From the NCBI GenBank assembly GCA_965215335.1, contig CBDCDA010000002.1, forward strand, positions 896,001-960,000: a stretch of 64,000 bases of DNA, given 5' to 3'. A model generated the notes under the pieces. The model was not told where the DNA came from. It ran no database searches and saw only the letters and a program-made list of their open reading frames with translations. The stretch comes from an uncultured Candidatus Entotheonella sp. GTDB lineage: Bacteria; Tectomicrobia; Entotheonellia; Entotheonellales; Entotheonellaceae. A program made the position numbers and the translations under genes. Position 1 is the first letter of the stretch; every line of letters starts with the position of its first letter. Positions 29,815-39,628 of the stretch are shown in pieces.

Positions 29815-31235
29815 CCATACGCCCGCAACACGTCCACCTCATCGCCATCTGTGGCACGGGCATGGGTAGCCTGGCCGTTCTCCTGAAGACGCTCGGCCAC
29901 CGGGTCACCGGCTCCGATCAGCACATCTACCCGCCGATGTCCACGCAGTTGCACGACCGGGGTATTCCGTTGCACGAGGGTTTCAAGGCCGCTCACCTGC
30001 AGCCGCGCCCCGATCTGGTCGTCGTGGGCAACGCCGTGTCGCGGGGCAATCCCGAGGCCGAAGCGGCGGAGCAGGCAGGCGTTCCCATCATGTCGTTTCC
30101 GCAAGCGTTGGCGCATTTCCTGATCGGCGAGCGGCATGCCGTGGTGGTTGCCGGCACGCACGGCAAGAGCACCACAACGGCGCTGGCGGCCTGGCTGCTG
30201 GAGCACGCCGGCTGCGACCCCGGCTTTTTCGTCGGCGCCGTGATGCGCAATTTTCCCAGTCCTATTCGCCTGGGAAAGGGGACGCACGTGGTCGTGGAGG
30301 GCGACGAATACGACAGCGCCTATTTCGACAAGGGTCCCAAGTTTCTGCACTACCGGCCGCGCACGGCGGTATTGACGGCCCTGGAGTTCGATCACGCCGA
30401 CATCTACCGGGACCTGGCGCACGTGCGGTCGGCGTTCGCGCGTTTCGTACGCCTGCTGCCCGCTGAGGGCTGTCTGGTCGCTTGCGCCGACAACCCCGGC
30501 GTGCGGACCCTGTGCGTCGAGGGGGCGATTGCCGGCCGTGTGCAGACGTACGGCCTGGGGGCAGGCGCTGACTGGCAGGCGGTCGAGTGGGGCGCCGGCG
30601 AGGGCGGCACGGTGATGGAGGTTCAGCACCACGGCAAGCGCTTCGGGCGTTTCGTCATGCCGCTGTTCGGCCGGCACAACGTGTGTAACGCGCTGGCGGC
30701 GATTGCTGTTGCGTACCGTCTGGGGGTTCCACAGGAACCCATTGCATCGGGACTGGCGAGCTTTGCTGGCCTGAGGCGGCGGTGCGAAGTACGTGGCGAG
30801 TTCGGCGGCGTCACGGTTATTGACGATTTCGCGCATCACCCGACGGCCGTCGGCGTGACGCTGGAGGGCCTGCGGCAGGCGTATTCCGGGGCCCGTTTGT
30901 GGGCCGTTTTCGAGCCGCGTACCGCGACGACGCGGCGCAAGGTGTTTCAGGAGGCTTATGTCGAGGCGCTGAGCCGCGCTGACCGCGTGGTCATCGCCGA
31001 GGTGTTCCGCAAAGAGGAGCTTGCGGCCGACGAACGGCTGTCGGAAGAGGGGCTGGTGGAGGCGTTGAAGGCGCGCGGGATCGCGGCGTGGTTCCACCCG
31101 GACACGGTGGCTATCGTCAGGCAGGTGTCGGGTGAGGCACAGGATGGGGACCTGGTGGTCGTCATGTCCAACGGTGGTTTTGATAACATTCATGAGCGGT
31201 TGCTCACGGCATTGCGGCAAAAGGCTGAGGCGTAA
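29811..31235 (+). CDS. mpl: UDP-MurNAc:L-Ala-gamma-D-Glu-meso-DAP ligase
   Basis: HLIAICGTGMG, AGTHGKSTT, EGDEYDSAYFDK, DDFAHHPT, MSNGGF. Confidence 0.93.
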   Translation: MTIRPQHVHLIAICGTGMGSLAVLLKTLGHRVTGSDQHIYPPMSTQLHDRGIPLHEGFKAAHLQPRPDLVVVGNAVSRGNPEAEAAEQAGVPIMSFPQALAHFLIGERHAVVVAGTHGKSTTTALAAWLLEHAGCDPGFFVGAVMRNFPSPIRLGKGTHVVVEGDEYDSAYFDKGPKFLHYRPRTAVLTALEFDHADIYRDLAHVRSAFARFVRLLPAEGCLVACADNPGVRTLCVEGAIAGRVQTYGLGAGADWQAVEWGAGEGGTVMEVQHHGKRFGRFVMPLFGRHNVCNALAAIAVAYRLGVPQEPIASGLASFAGLRRRCEVRGEFGGVTVIDDFAHHPTAVGVTLEGLRQAYSGARLWAVFEPRTATTRRKVFQEAYVEALSRADRVVIAEVFRKEELAADERLSEEGLVEALKARGIAAWFHPDTVAIVRQVSGEAQDGDLVVVMSNGGFDNIHERLLTALRQKAEA

Positions 31236-31256
31236 CCCCTTTACGAGGAGCTTGAC

Positions 31257-32111
31257 GTGCGAGGATTCTGGCAGCGAACGATGTTGGTCCTGATCGTCCT
31301 CCATCTGGCGAGTCTCGCGGCGTGGGCAGACCCGAAGGCATACACCGTGCGCTTTTCCGATATGCCTGTGCCTGTCGCGGATGCCGACATGACCAATGGC
31401 GCGGAGGCACCTACCGTTCCGGCGAACAGATGGCTGCGCAAAAACGGCTGGGAGCAGGTGTGGCCGATAGTGGTGATCGGCAACGGCAAGCCGTTAGACT
31501 TCGCCGGGCCGCCTCAAGATCGCTTCCTGCGGGTTGCCGCTGACGAGGCGTTCTTCATCTGGGGCAGTGAGGTCAGTCTGGACCCGCAGGAATTCCCCGT
31601 TCTCGAAGTGGTCTGGGGCATCGAGGTGTTTCCACGCGGCGCCGCCATGGACCTTTACAGGCGCAACGACCGCGCCATCGTCGTGCGCGTGCTCTTCGGC
31701 GAGGCATTGCCCACCACCGGCCTTCCCGACTTGCCGCGCACGCTGTCCTTCTTCTGGGGCGAGACGGAAACCGTCGGCCGTATCTACACCTGCGTCACGC
31801 CGCGAGAGGGTCCCGCCGATGTGCGCATCCTGTGCAAATACCCGCACGTCAAATACATCGCGCTGCGTCGTGGCAGCGAGGGCAGCGTGTTTACCGACCG
31901 GGTCAATTTGCTGGATCACTTCCGCGAGCAGTTTCCTGCTTATTGGCGTGAGCACCAACAAGCGCCGACCATCGTCGCGCTCAGCTTCGAGGCGCAGTCC
32001 GGTCTCACGAAGAGCCGCTCCAGCGCTCGCTTGTACAGTATCCGTTTGTTGTCCGGGGTGGATGGGGCCGTCTGGAACGGCATCAATTCATGCTGCGGGT
32101 CGGAAAATTAG
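31257..32111 (+). CDS. Secreted protein, DUF3047-like
   Basis: Signal peptide; the pattern PVLEVVWGI...ND.A...V.F...SFFWG...RVNLLDHF recalls DUF3047 (by eye). Confidence 0.55.
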   Translation: MRGFWQRTMLVLIVLHLASLAAWADPKAYTVRFSDMPVPVADADMTNGAEAPTVPANRWLRKNGWEQVWPIVVIGNGKPLDFAGPPQDRFLRVAADEAFFIWGSEVSLDPQEFPVLEVVWGIEVFPRGAAMDLYRRNDRAIVVRVLFGEALPTTGLPDLPRTLSFFWGETETVGRIYTCVTPREGPADVRILCKYPHVKYIALRRGSEGSVFTDRVNLLDHFREQFPAYWREHQQAPTIVALSFEAQSGLTKSRSSARLYSIRLLSGVDGAVWNGINSCCGSEN

Positions 32112-32794
32112 GATAACGGTACGAAACCCGGCGCAGCCTGTTCGGCCTCGCCCACATATTCCGGCAAGGTGAGGTATCCTACCCGCGGAATGGTGACCCG
32201 GGTCGGCAGACACTGGGCACGTTTGAGGCGTTGAATCGTGAACAGGTGCGCCAGGACTTCCCAGTACAACATCCACAGCGAGGCTTCCAGGGTGTAGCGA
32301 ATGCGGCTGGGGTCGCCCGGCTCCACGCTGGCGCCGCGCGGCAGCACCTGAATGACGTGCTTCCAGAACGGCGTAGCCCTGTGCACCGACTGCGTGGCGC
32401 GCAGGGTTTCGACCGGCACCGTGCTGACGACCTTCGTGGCCCAGTTGGCGCCAAGCCTCACTTTGTCCAGCAAATCCCCGATATCCCAGTGCCGGTCCTC
32501 ATCGAGGCGGCGGTCGGACTTCATGTTGGCGAGGTTGTGGTCTTCCCAGCGGATCGGCGTGGGGATGTTGCCGTCGGGCCACAGGAAGGCGTGGCAACGG
32601 CGCCGCATGACCGCCAGAAAGACCCAGGCGACATGGCTGACCTGGCGGCGGATGGACCACCACATCCATTCGCGCTGCGGATCTTGAGAGTCGAAGTCGA
32701 GTTGAGCGTCGCTGAGGCCATGGATTTCCGTTTCCAGCCAGCGTCGGAATTCCTGGTAGTCGGGCCAAGCCACGACAGAGGGGTCGTCATGCAT
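32108..32794 (-). CDS. DinB-like hypothetical protein
   Basis: GLSDAQLDF...WSIRRQVSH and a C-terminal AH, a DinB-superfamily pattern. Confidence 0.6.
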   Translation of the reverse strand: MHDDPSVVAWPDYQEFRRWLETEIHGLSDAQLDFDSQDPQREWMWWSIRRQVSHVAWVFLAVMRRRCHAFLWPDGNIPTPIRWEDHNLANMKSDRRLDEDRHWDIGDLLDKVRLGANWATKVVSTVPVETLRATQSVHRATPFWKHVIQVLPRGASVEPGDPSRIRYTLEASLWMLYWEVLAHLFTIQRLKRAQCLPTRVTIPRVGYLTLPEYVGEAEQAAPGFVPLS

Positions 32795-32845
32795 CCGTCA
32801 TTCGCCTCGTCACACGACAGTCGGGGGGTGCCGCGACGCGCCATT

Positions 32846-33115
32846 CTACCAATCGCGGCGGTTCGAGCGCGGCTCGCGCGGACGAGCTTCATTGATGGTC
32901 AACGTACGGCCTTGTAATTCGATACCATGCAGGGCCTCGATAGCGGCGCGCGCCTCATCATCGTTCGGCATGCCCACGAAGCCGAAACCGCGTGAGCGGC
33001 CGGTTTCACGGTCCGTGATGATGCTGACGCGTTCCACGGTGCCAAATTCGTCGAAAAGTTGTCGGATGTCGTCCTGGGTGGACGTAAACGGGATGTTACT
33101 GACGAAAATTTCCAT
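32846..33115 (-). CDS. RNA-binding protein (RRM)
   Basis: RNP2 IFVSNI, RNP1 RGFGFV, NEARPRE. Confidence 0.95.
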   Translation of the reverse strand: MEIFVSNIPFTSTQDDIRQLFDEFGTVERVSIITDRETGRSRGFGFVGMPNDDEARAAIEALHGIELQGRTLTINEARPREPRSNRRDW

Positions 33116-33339
33116 CAACTGCGTCCTCTCGTGGAGGTTGGCGCATGTGCCGGTGCGAAGCGTACGGCAAGGGCGCCCGGGAGCTTGCCGGCGCACATGC
33201 TGCGAACAAACGCTAAGGCGGAATGCGGGTCAGTTTACACCCAACATTATGGGTGAACAAATGCCTAATGTTGCGTGGCGACGGAATTTCTTGCTGGTAT
33301 CACACGTACGTCCAGGGGAATACCCTGGGCGCGTCCGAT

Positions 33340-34920
33340 CTACTGAAAATCACGTCCCACCAGCGCCACGGCTTGACGGGCGAGGCGGCGGACGTGCTTC
33401 TGCTTGATGGGTGAGTGGAGGAAGCGATTCAGGCCGGCGAGCAGGTAGAAGCGGCACGCATCCGAGGCGTCGGGTAGTTCTTCCTGCACAGCTCGGGCCG
33501 TCTTGACGAGGTGGGCGGCGTAAATGGGTTCGCGCAGGCCGTGATCCAGAAGCAGCTCCGCAACCTCCCCGAAGAAGCATTCAGGGTCCGTGACGGCCCA
33601 TTTCTCCGCCGTTTGGGCAAGCTCCAGATAGCGGCGGTTGCGCCCCACGAAGCAGGCCATCTGCAGCAGGCCGGGTGCCCACAGCGCCGGCAGGGCGGCG
33701 CACTGCGTTCGCACGGCGTTGGCAAATGTGATGCCGTGCGTGAAGCTCAGCCAGCTGACGTTGTCGCTCACGGGCCGGTCGTGACGTGTGTCGTAGCTGG
33801 CGTCGTAGAAGAGGAAGTTGCGTGCCAGGGCCTCCAGGAGCGCTTGGTAGAGCGCTGGCGGGCTGTGCGAAGCGGCGTTTCGTACCACCCACGACAGCGC
33901 CTGTCTGGTGGTCGATGGGTAGGGCAGGGACTCCGGAGCCGTGGATTTTCCCCAGCCGCCAAGTTGCAAGGCCGACAGAGCGGTGGCGTAGTCCCGGAAG
34001 TCGGGCAGCAAATCCTCTCGCGTGGTGTAGCAGAGATGTCGCGCCAGAGCAGGCAGCAGAAAGGGTTCGACCTCCGCTCCCAGGTGCTCGATCAATCGTG
34101 ACGCCTTGTACACGTAAATCAGCGAGTGACCGAAATCGTTGTAGTGGGCCAGTGCGGCCGCGGCGAATGGCCCGTGCATGTCGTGCCAGTGCAGGCCGTT
34201 GGCCAGTCCTTGCAGAATCATCCCCTCGGCGGCCGGCGGATTTTCCGCCTCGACCGCCCCGGCGAAGCCCGCGTCCGTAAACGGCTCACCGATGTCGCCA
34301 AACGGGTACGCGGGGTGCCGCAGTGCGGTATGCGCCATGTGATCGATGGATTCCGCCAGGCAGATGAGCTGCGGTTCCCACTGCCCCGGAAACTGCTGTG
34401 CCAGGGTCAGCCAGTCGGTGGTGGCGGCGTAGGCGTGCACAAAGCCGAACTCGAGGCGGTCGCATGACCATGCGACCGCCCGGCGTACGGCCACCAGTGG
34501 GTCGAGGCCGTGAAAGTGCAGGCGGCTCAGTTCGCGGCAGATGCGGTCGTATTCCTGCTTGCGGAAGGCTTCGTGCAGGCCTTCCAGGATGACTGCCTGC
34601 GCGACCTCGGGCGGCGGGTCGGCCAGGTCGAGCCATACGTAGCCGTCTTCGACGCGGGTCTCGTAGGCACGCACGTTGTCGCCGCCGAGGAGGCAGCGGC
34701 CGTCACTGAGGCGGAATTTCCAGTTGTGCCAGTTGCAGGTGAGGGTGCAGGCGCCGTCGATCTGGCCCTCGACCAAGGGGTATCCCTCGTGCGGGCAGCG
34801 GTTATCCACGGCGTAAACCGATCCGGCGACGCTGAACAAGGCCACCTGCTTCGGTGGGTACTGAAACACCACCGGACGGCGTTGCAACTCGGAGCGCGGT
34901 ACCGTTTTGACCCACGGCAT
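33340..34920 (-). CDS. Rieske 2Fe-2S domain fused to a large helical C-terminal domain
   Basis: RBS GGAGG; CPHEG...CNWH Rieske motif; ~420-aa C-terminal region with four spaced His motifs. Confidence 0.85.
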   Translation of the reverse strand: MPWVKTVPRSELQRRPVVFQYPPKQVALFSVAGSVYAVDNRCPHEGYPLVEGQIDGACTLTCNWHNWKFRLSDGRCLLGGDNVRAYETRVEDGYVWLDLADPPPEVAQAVILEGLHEAFRKQEYDRICRELSRLHFHGLDPLVAVRRAVAWSCDRLEFGFVHAYAATTDWLTLAQQFPGQWEPQLICLAESIDHMAHTALRHPAYPFGDIGEPFTDAGFAGAVEAENPPAAEGMILQGLANGLHWHDMHGPFAAAALAHYNDFGHSLIYVYKASRLIEHLGAEVEPFLLPALARHLCYTTREDLLPDFRDYATALSALQLGGWGKSTAPESLPYPSTTRQALSWVVRNAASHSPPALYQALLEALARNFLFYDASYDTRHDRPVSDNVSWLSFTHGITFANAVRTQCAALPALWAPGLLQMACFVGRNRRYLELAQTAEKWAVTDPECFFGEVAELLLDHGLREPIYAAHLVKTARAVQEELPDASDACRFYLLAGLNRFLHSPIKQKHVRRLARQAVALVGRDFQ

Positions 34921-34956
34921 AGCCACCTCCAATACGACAGGGTTGGCCTTCGGCGC

Positions 34957-35478
34957 CTAGCCTTGCGGCACTTCGGGGGCGTACGGGTAGTCGTATGCGG
35001 TCAGCGCCTTTAGCGTGAACGCGCACATTGAAATCAGGCCCCACAGCAGCCCCACGACCACCCCGGCATCGACAATTCCCCGCCACGGCTGCGCGAGCCA
35101 GCGCACCGCAAGGATGAGCAGGATAATGAACACCGTCAGCGCATACACGGAGATCATGCGCCGCTTTGTGGTGTGAAAGTACCCCATGCAGAACAGCGGC
35201 GCCAGCAGCACGTGCGCCGGGCACGGGTGCGAGATCAAGTACTTGGCGCGCGCCACGATGCGCGGCGAGAAGTTCTGCTGGAAGCCGCGGTAGCCCTCGG
35301 ACCAAGCCATGAAGGCGACGTGCACCGCCAGCACCAGCCAATGATAGGCATAGAAGTCATAAGACCACGCGGCCGCAGCGACCCCTGCCAGCCGCCATAC
35401 GGAGTAGCCCAGCAAGGCGGCGATGCCCGCCAGGCCCCAAACGGCTCCGAGGTAGCCGAGGGTTCGATTTGACGGCAT
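34957..35478 (-). CDS. Hypothetical membrane protein (4-5 TM)
   Basis: Hydrophobic segments; EGYRGFQ..FSPRIV and RGIVDAGVV motifs. Confidence 0.75.
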   Translation of the reverse strand: MPSNRTLGYLGAVWGLAGIAALLGYSVWRLAGVAAAAWSYDFYAYHWLVLAVHVAFMAWSEGYRGFQQNFSPRIVARAKYLISHPCPAHVLLAPLFCMGYFHTTKRRMISVYALTVFIILLILAVRWLAQPWRGIVDAGVVVGLLWGLISMCAFTLKALTAYDYPYAPEVPQG

Positions 35479-35486
35479 ATTGGCGG

Positions 35487-35843
35487 TCATGGGGAAGGGG
35501 TTGCCTCGTTGTCGTCTTCAGGCAGGGTCACGAACAGGTCGTTGCCCTGCACGGTGAGCGGATAGGTGGGCACCGGCGGTGCCTTGGGGATGTTGACGCA
35601 AACACCGTCGCGCAGGTTGAAGCGCCAGGCATGCCACATGCACATGATGGTGCCGTTGTGCACGGGTCCCTCGCTGAGCGGCGCCCCGGCGTGCGGGCAC
35701 GCGTCCTCCAGGGCGAAAAATTCGCCGCCGTACCGGAACACGGCGATGAAGCGCTTGCCGATTCTGAATTCCCGCCCGCCGCCTTCGGGCACCTCGTGCA
35801 CGCTGGTCAGTCGGACGGTGGTGCTGGATTGGGGATACGGCAT
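35487..35843 (-). CDS. Rieske-type ferredoxin (NirD/dioxygenase-ferredoxin-like)
   Basis: CPHAGAPL...CMWHAWRF. Confidence 0.9.
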   Translation of the reverse strand: MPYPQSSTTVRLTSVHEVPEGGGREFRIGKRFIAVFRYGGEFFALEDACPHAGAPLSEGPVHNGTIMCMWHAWRFNLRDGVCVNIPKAPPVPTYPLTVQGNDLFVTLPEDDNEATPSP

Positions 35844-35861
35844 GCCGAGAAATTCCTTCGG

Positions 35862-36044
35862 TCAGAAGACAAAATGGCGTACCACCTTCACGAGGAAGCT
35901 GATGGCCAGGTACGTGACCAGCATGATGTTGAGCCAGGTAATCTTGCGGTCGAACCGCTGCATGCGCGTCCGGTACGCCGGCGATTGGGACAGCATGAAA
36001 CGATGCGCGAGGTAGAGCACGACGAAAAAGGCAAGCATCTTCAT
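35862..36044 (-). CDS. Small 2-TM membrane protein
   Basis: 60 aa, two hydrophobic helices, RBS GAGGGA. Confidence 0.65.
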   Translation of the reverse strand: MKMLAFFVVLYLAHRFMLSQSPAYRTRMQRFDRKITWLNIMLVTYLAISFLVKVVRHFVF

Positions 36045-36070
36045 GCTTCAGTCCCTCATCACGGGCATGG

Positions 36071-39000
36071 CTACTCGGCTCGAAAATACGCCGCCTCCGG
36101 GTGGTGCAGCACGAGGGCCGACACCGATGCTTCGGGGTCCATCATGAAACCGTCGGTCAGCTGCACGCCGATGTCCTCGGGACGTAGCAGGCGAAACAGT
36201 TTTTCCTGATCCTCCAGGTCCGGGCAGGCGGGGTAGCCGAACGACACCCGCAGGCCGCGATACGTCGCCCGGAAGCGGTCACGCATGGTCATTTCCGGCG
36301 GATCCGGGAAGCCCCACCAGGCTCTCAGGTCCTGGTGCAGCTTTTCGGCACCGGCTTCCGCCAGTTCGATGGCGATGGCCTGGATGGCGTGGGAGCGCAC
36401 GTAGGCGCCGGCGTCCTTGTACATGGCTGCCAGGTCGCGCACGCCCAGGCCGCAGGTGACGACGAAGAAGGCGATCGAATCCATGTCGCCCGACGCGACG
36501 GGCCGCACGAAATCGGCCAGGCAGAGGTGCTTGCCGCCGCTTTGCCGCGGGAACGTGAAGCGCTCGATCACGGCGGCGGGGTTGTCCGGATCGTAGATGA
36601 GCACGGAATCGCCCTCGGCCTGCGCCGGGAAGTAGCGGCAAACGGCGTGCGCGCGTACCAGCCGGGCGTCCACCATCTCCTGGAACACCGCGTCGACGCG
36701 TTCTTTCATGGCGATGGCCTTGGGGTCTTCTTGGGCGAAGCGTTTGTGCACGTTGCCGTGCAGGCCCATGTGCTTGCCGTAGAGCATCTGCGGGTTCAGA
36801 TAGGGCCACAGGTAGTCGAGCGACAGGTCGCGGAACACCAGGCGCTCGGACGTCGGGACGCTGGGCAGCGGCGCGTCGGTGCGCACCGCTGAACGCGGGG
36901 CGCGGCTGGCAACGGCTGCGGGGCGCTGCGGTCCGGCGTCGGTGGCGTGGCGGCGTAATACCTGCTGTTCCGCTTGCACCCGTGCAACGAGGTCGGCGCG
37001 CTGGACTTCCTGGCTGAGCCGGTTGGCGAGGTCGAGACCCTGCATGGCGTCCTTGGCATACAGCACCGGCGCGCCGTCGTATACGGGGGCGATTTTCAGC
37101 GCCGTGAAGCGGTTCGACAGCGCCGCGCCACCCACCAGGATGGGCACCGAGATACCGGCTTCCCGCAGGTCCTGCGCCGTCAGCACCATTTGCTGGGCCG
37201 ATTTGACCAGCAGCCCGGACAGGCCGATGGTGTCCGGCTGTTCGGCGCGGTACGCCTCGATCAACTGCTGCGGCAACACCTTGATGCCCAGGTTGATGAC
37301 CTCGAAGCCGTTGTTGCTCAGCACGATGTCCACCAGGTTCTTGCCGATGTCGTGCACGTCGCCCTTGACGGTGGCGAGGATGATCTTGCCCTTCAGGCTG
37401 CTTTCGCCCTTCTCCATGTAGGGTTCGAGGTAGGCCACCGCCGCCTTCATGACTTCGGCGCTGAGCAGCACTTCGGCGACGATCAGTTCGTTGTTGTTGA
37501 ACAGCCGTCCCACCTCCGTCATGCCGTCCATCATCGGACCGTTGATGATCTCCATGGCGGCGTACCGTTCCAGGGCCTGCTCGAGGTCGGCAAACAGGCC
37601 GTCCTTGCTGCCCTCCACGACGCAGGCCACCAGTCGCTGCTCCAGGGGCAGGGTGACCGCCGGCTTGCGGGCGCCGGACTTCTTGCCTCGGTAAAAGCCG
37701 CTGAAGGCCCCGATGGGGTCGTCGCCGCGCCAGAACAGCAGGTCCTCGGCGAGCCGCCGCTCTGCCGCCGAAATGGAGGCATAGCGCTCCAGCCGTTGCG
37801 AGTTGACGATGGCATAGTCGAGGCCGGCGCGGGTGCAGTGGTAGAGGAACACGGCGTTCAGCACCTCGCGGCCGGCGCTGGGCAGACCAAAGGAGACGTT
37901 CGAGACGCCCAGAATGGTGCTGCACAGGGGGAAGTGTTCCTTGATGGCCTGAACGCCGGCGATGGTTTCGGCGGCGGAGCCGATGTAGTTTTCGTCGCCG
38001 GTGCCGACCGGGAAGACGAGTGGGTCGAAGATGATGTCATGCGGTGCCAAGCCGTACTTGCCGGTCAGCAGGTCGTAGGCGCGTTGGGCGATGGCCAGTT
38101 TGCGGTCGCGGCTGACGCCCATGCCCTGCACCGGGTCCTCGTCGATACAGCCGACCACCACCGCGGCGCCGTACGTATGCAACAGCGGCACGATGGCGGC
38201 GAAGCGCTCCTCGCCGTCTTCGAGGTTGATCGAATTGACGATGGCCTTGCCGGGCGAGTGTTTCAGCGCCAGCTCGACGACCTGTGCCTCGGTGGAATCG
38301 ACCATCAGCGGAACGCGCACCTTGCCGGCGACGAATTTCAGGAAGTGCTGCATATCGGCGTACTCGTCGCGGTCGGGATTGGCCAGGCAGATGTCCAGCA
38401 CCTGGGCGCCGCCTTTGATCTGGGCGCGGCCGACGTCGGCCGCCCGCTCGAACTCGCCGGCGCTGATCAGGTCGCGGAACCGTTTGGAGCCGATGACGTT
38501 GGTGCGCTCGCCGACGACGACCGGGCGGTCGTCGTCGGCCTCCAAGGGCAGGTAATCCAGCCCGGAGACGGCCACGACCTTGCGGCTTGACGCCGGCTGC
38601 GGCCGTTTGCTCCGTGCCATGTCGGCCAGCACGTCGATATGTTGCGGCGTGGTGCCGCAGCAGCCGCCGGCGACGTGCAGCCAGCCGTTATCGATGAAGC
38701 GTTCGAGCTGCGTGGCGAGCGAGGTCGGCGTCTCGTGGTAGTGCCCGTCCTCGTCCGGCAGGCCGGCGTTGGGGTGGCAGCTGACGGGAACGGTCGACAG
38801 GCCGGCGAGGCTGCGCAGGTGATCGGTCATGAACTCCGGGCCGGTGGCGCAGTTGAGGCCGATGGACAACGGCTCGAAGTGCGCGATGGAGGTGTAGAGC
38901 GCCTCGATGCTCTGGCCGCCGAGCATGGTGCCCATGGGCTCGATGGTCACGGAAATCATCAAGGGCACCTGACGCCCGGCCGCCTGCATGGCGCGGCGGG

Positions 39001-39520
39001 CCCCCATGACCGTGGCCTTGAGATTCAGCGTATCCTGCGCCGTTTCGATGAGCAGCAGGTCGATACCGCCTTCCAGCAGCCCCAGGGTCTGCTCGCGGAA
39101 GGCGTCGATGACCTCGTCGAACGTAACGCCGCCGGTGACGGTGATCGTCTTGGTTTGCGGCCCCAGCGAGCCGGCGGCAAAGCGCGGCTTGTCCGGCGTG
39201 CTGTACTCGATGGCGGCTTGCCGCGCCAGGCGCGCGGCGGCGGCGTTGATGGCGTGCACCTGGTGTTGCAGGTCGTATTCGGCGAGCACGATGCGCGTGC
39301 CGCCGAAGGTGTTGGTGCAGATGATGTCGGCGCCGGCCTGCAGGTAGGCGCCGTGGATGTCACGGAGCAGGGCGGGTCGGGTGAGGTTCAGGTGCTCGTA
39401 GCAGCCCTCGTAGTCGGGGCCGCCGAAGTCGGCGGCCGTGAGCGGCTTGACCTGGAGGAAAGTCCCCATTGCACCGTCCAGAACCAGGACGCGCTCTTTC
39501 AGCAATTCGTGAATGATCAT
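36071..39520 (-). CDS. metH: Cobalamin-dependent methionine synthase
   Basis: LDGAMGT, GLNCA, GGCCGT, GERTN, DVHDIGKN (B12), GYPACP. Confidence 0.97.
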   Translation of the reverse strand: MIIHELLKERVLVLDGAMGTFLQVKPLTAADFGGPDYEGCYEHLNLTRPALLRDIHGAYLQAGADIICTNTFGGTRIVLAEYDLQHQVHAINAAAARLARQAAIEYSTPDKPRFAAGSLGPQTKTITVTGGVTFDEVIDAFREQTLGLLEGGIDLLLIETAQDTLNLKATVMGARRAMQAAGRQVPLMISVTIEPMGTMLGGQSIEALYTSIAHFEPLSIGLNCATGPEFMTDHLRSLAGLSTVPVSCHPNAGLPDEDGHYHETPTSLATQLERFIDNGWLHVAGGCCGTTPQHIDVLADMARSKRPQPASSRKVVAVSGLDYLPLEADDDRPVVVGERTNVIGSKRFRDLISAGEFERAADVGRAQIKGGAQVLDICLANPDRDEYADMQHFLKFVAGKVRVPLMVDSTEAQVVELALKHSPGKAIVNSINLEDGEERFAAIVPLLHTYGAAVVVGCIDEDPVQGMGVSRDRKLAIAQRAYDLLTGKYGLAPHDIIFDPLVFPVGTGDENYIGSAAETIAGVQAIKEHFPLCSTILGVSNVSFGLPSAGREVLNAVFLYHCTRAGLDYAIVNSQRLERYASISAAERRLAEDLLFWRGDDPIGAFSGFYRGKKSGARKPAVTLPLEQRLVACVVEGSKDGLFADLEQALERYAAMEIINGPMMDGMTEVGRLFNNNELIVAEVLLSAEVMKAAVAYLEPYMEKGESSLKGKIILATVKGDVHDIGKNLVDIVLSNNGFEVINLGIKVLPQQLIEAYRAEQPDTIGLSGLLVKSAQQMVLTAQDLREAGISVPILVGGAALSNRFTALKIAPVYDGAPVLYAKDAMQGLDLANRLSQEVQRADLVARVQAEQQVLRRHATDAGPQRPAAVASRAPRSAVRTDAPLPSVPTSERLVFRDLSLDYLWPYLNPQMLYGKHMGLHGNVHKRFAQEDPKAIAMKERVDAVFQEMVDARLVRAHAVCRYFPAQAEGDSVLIYDPDNPAAVIERFTFPRQSGGKHLCLADFVRPVASGDMDSIAFFVVTCGLGVRDLAAMYKDAGAYVRSHAIQAIAIELAEAGAEKLHQDLRAWWGFPDPPEMTMRDRFRATYRGLRVSFGYPACPDLEDQEKLFRLLRPEDIGVQLTDGFMMDPEASVSALVLHHPEAAYFRAE

Positions 39521-39628
39521 GCTAGACTCGTTTTCTCCAACGCATCAAGGGTGCCGATTGAGATTCAACTGTAACAAAATCCGGGCGGGGTAACAAAACG
39601 CGACGCGCTTGTCGTCACGTGGTGGGCC

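Noticed and set aside
39521..39628. Cobalamin or SAM riboswitch upstream of metH
   Set aside because: The spacer is only ~108 bp, is shared with a divergent gene and lacks recognisable riboswitch cores.
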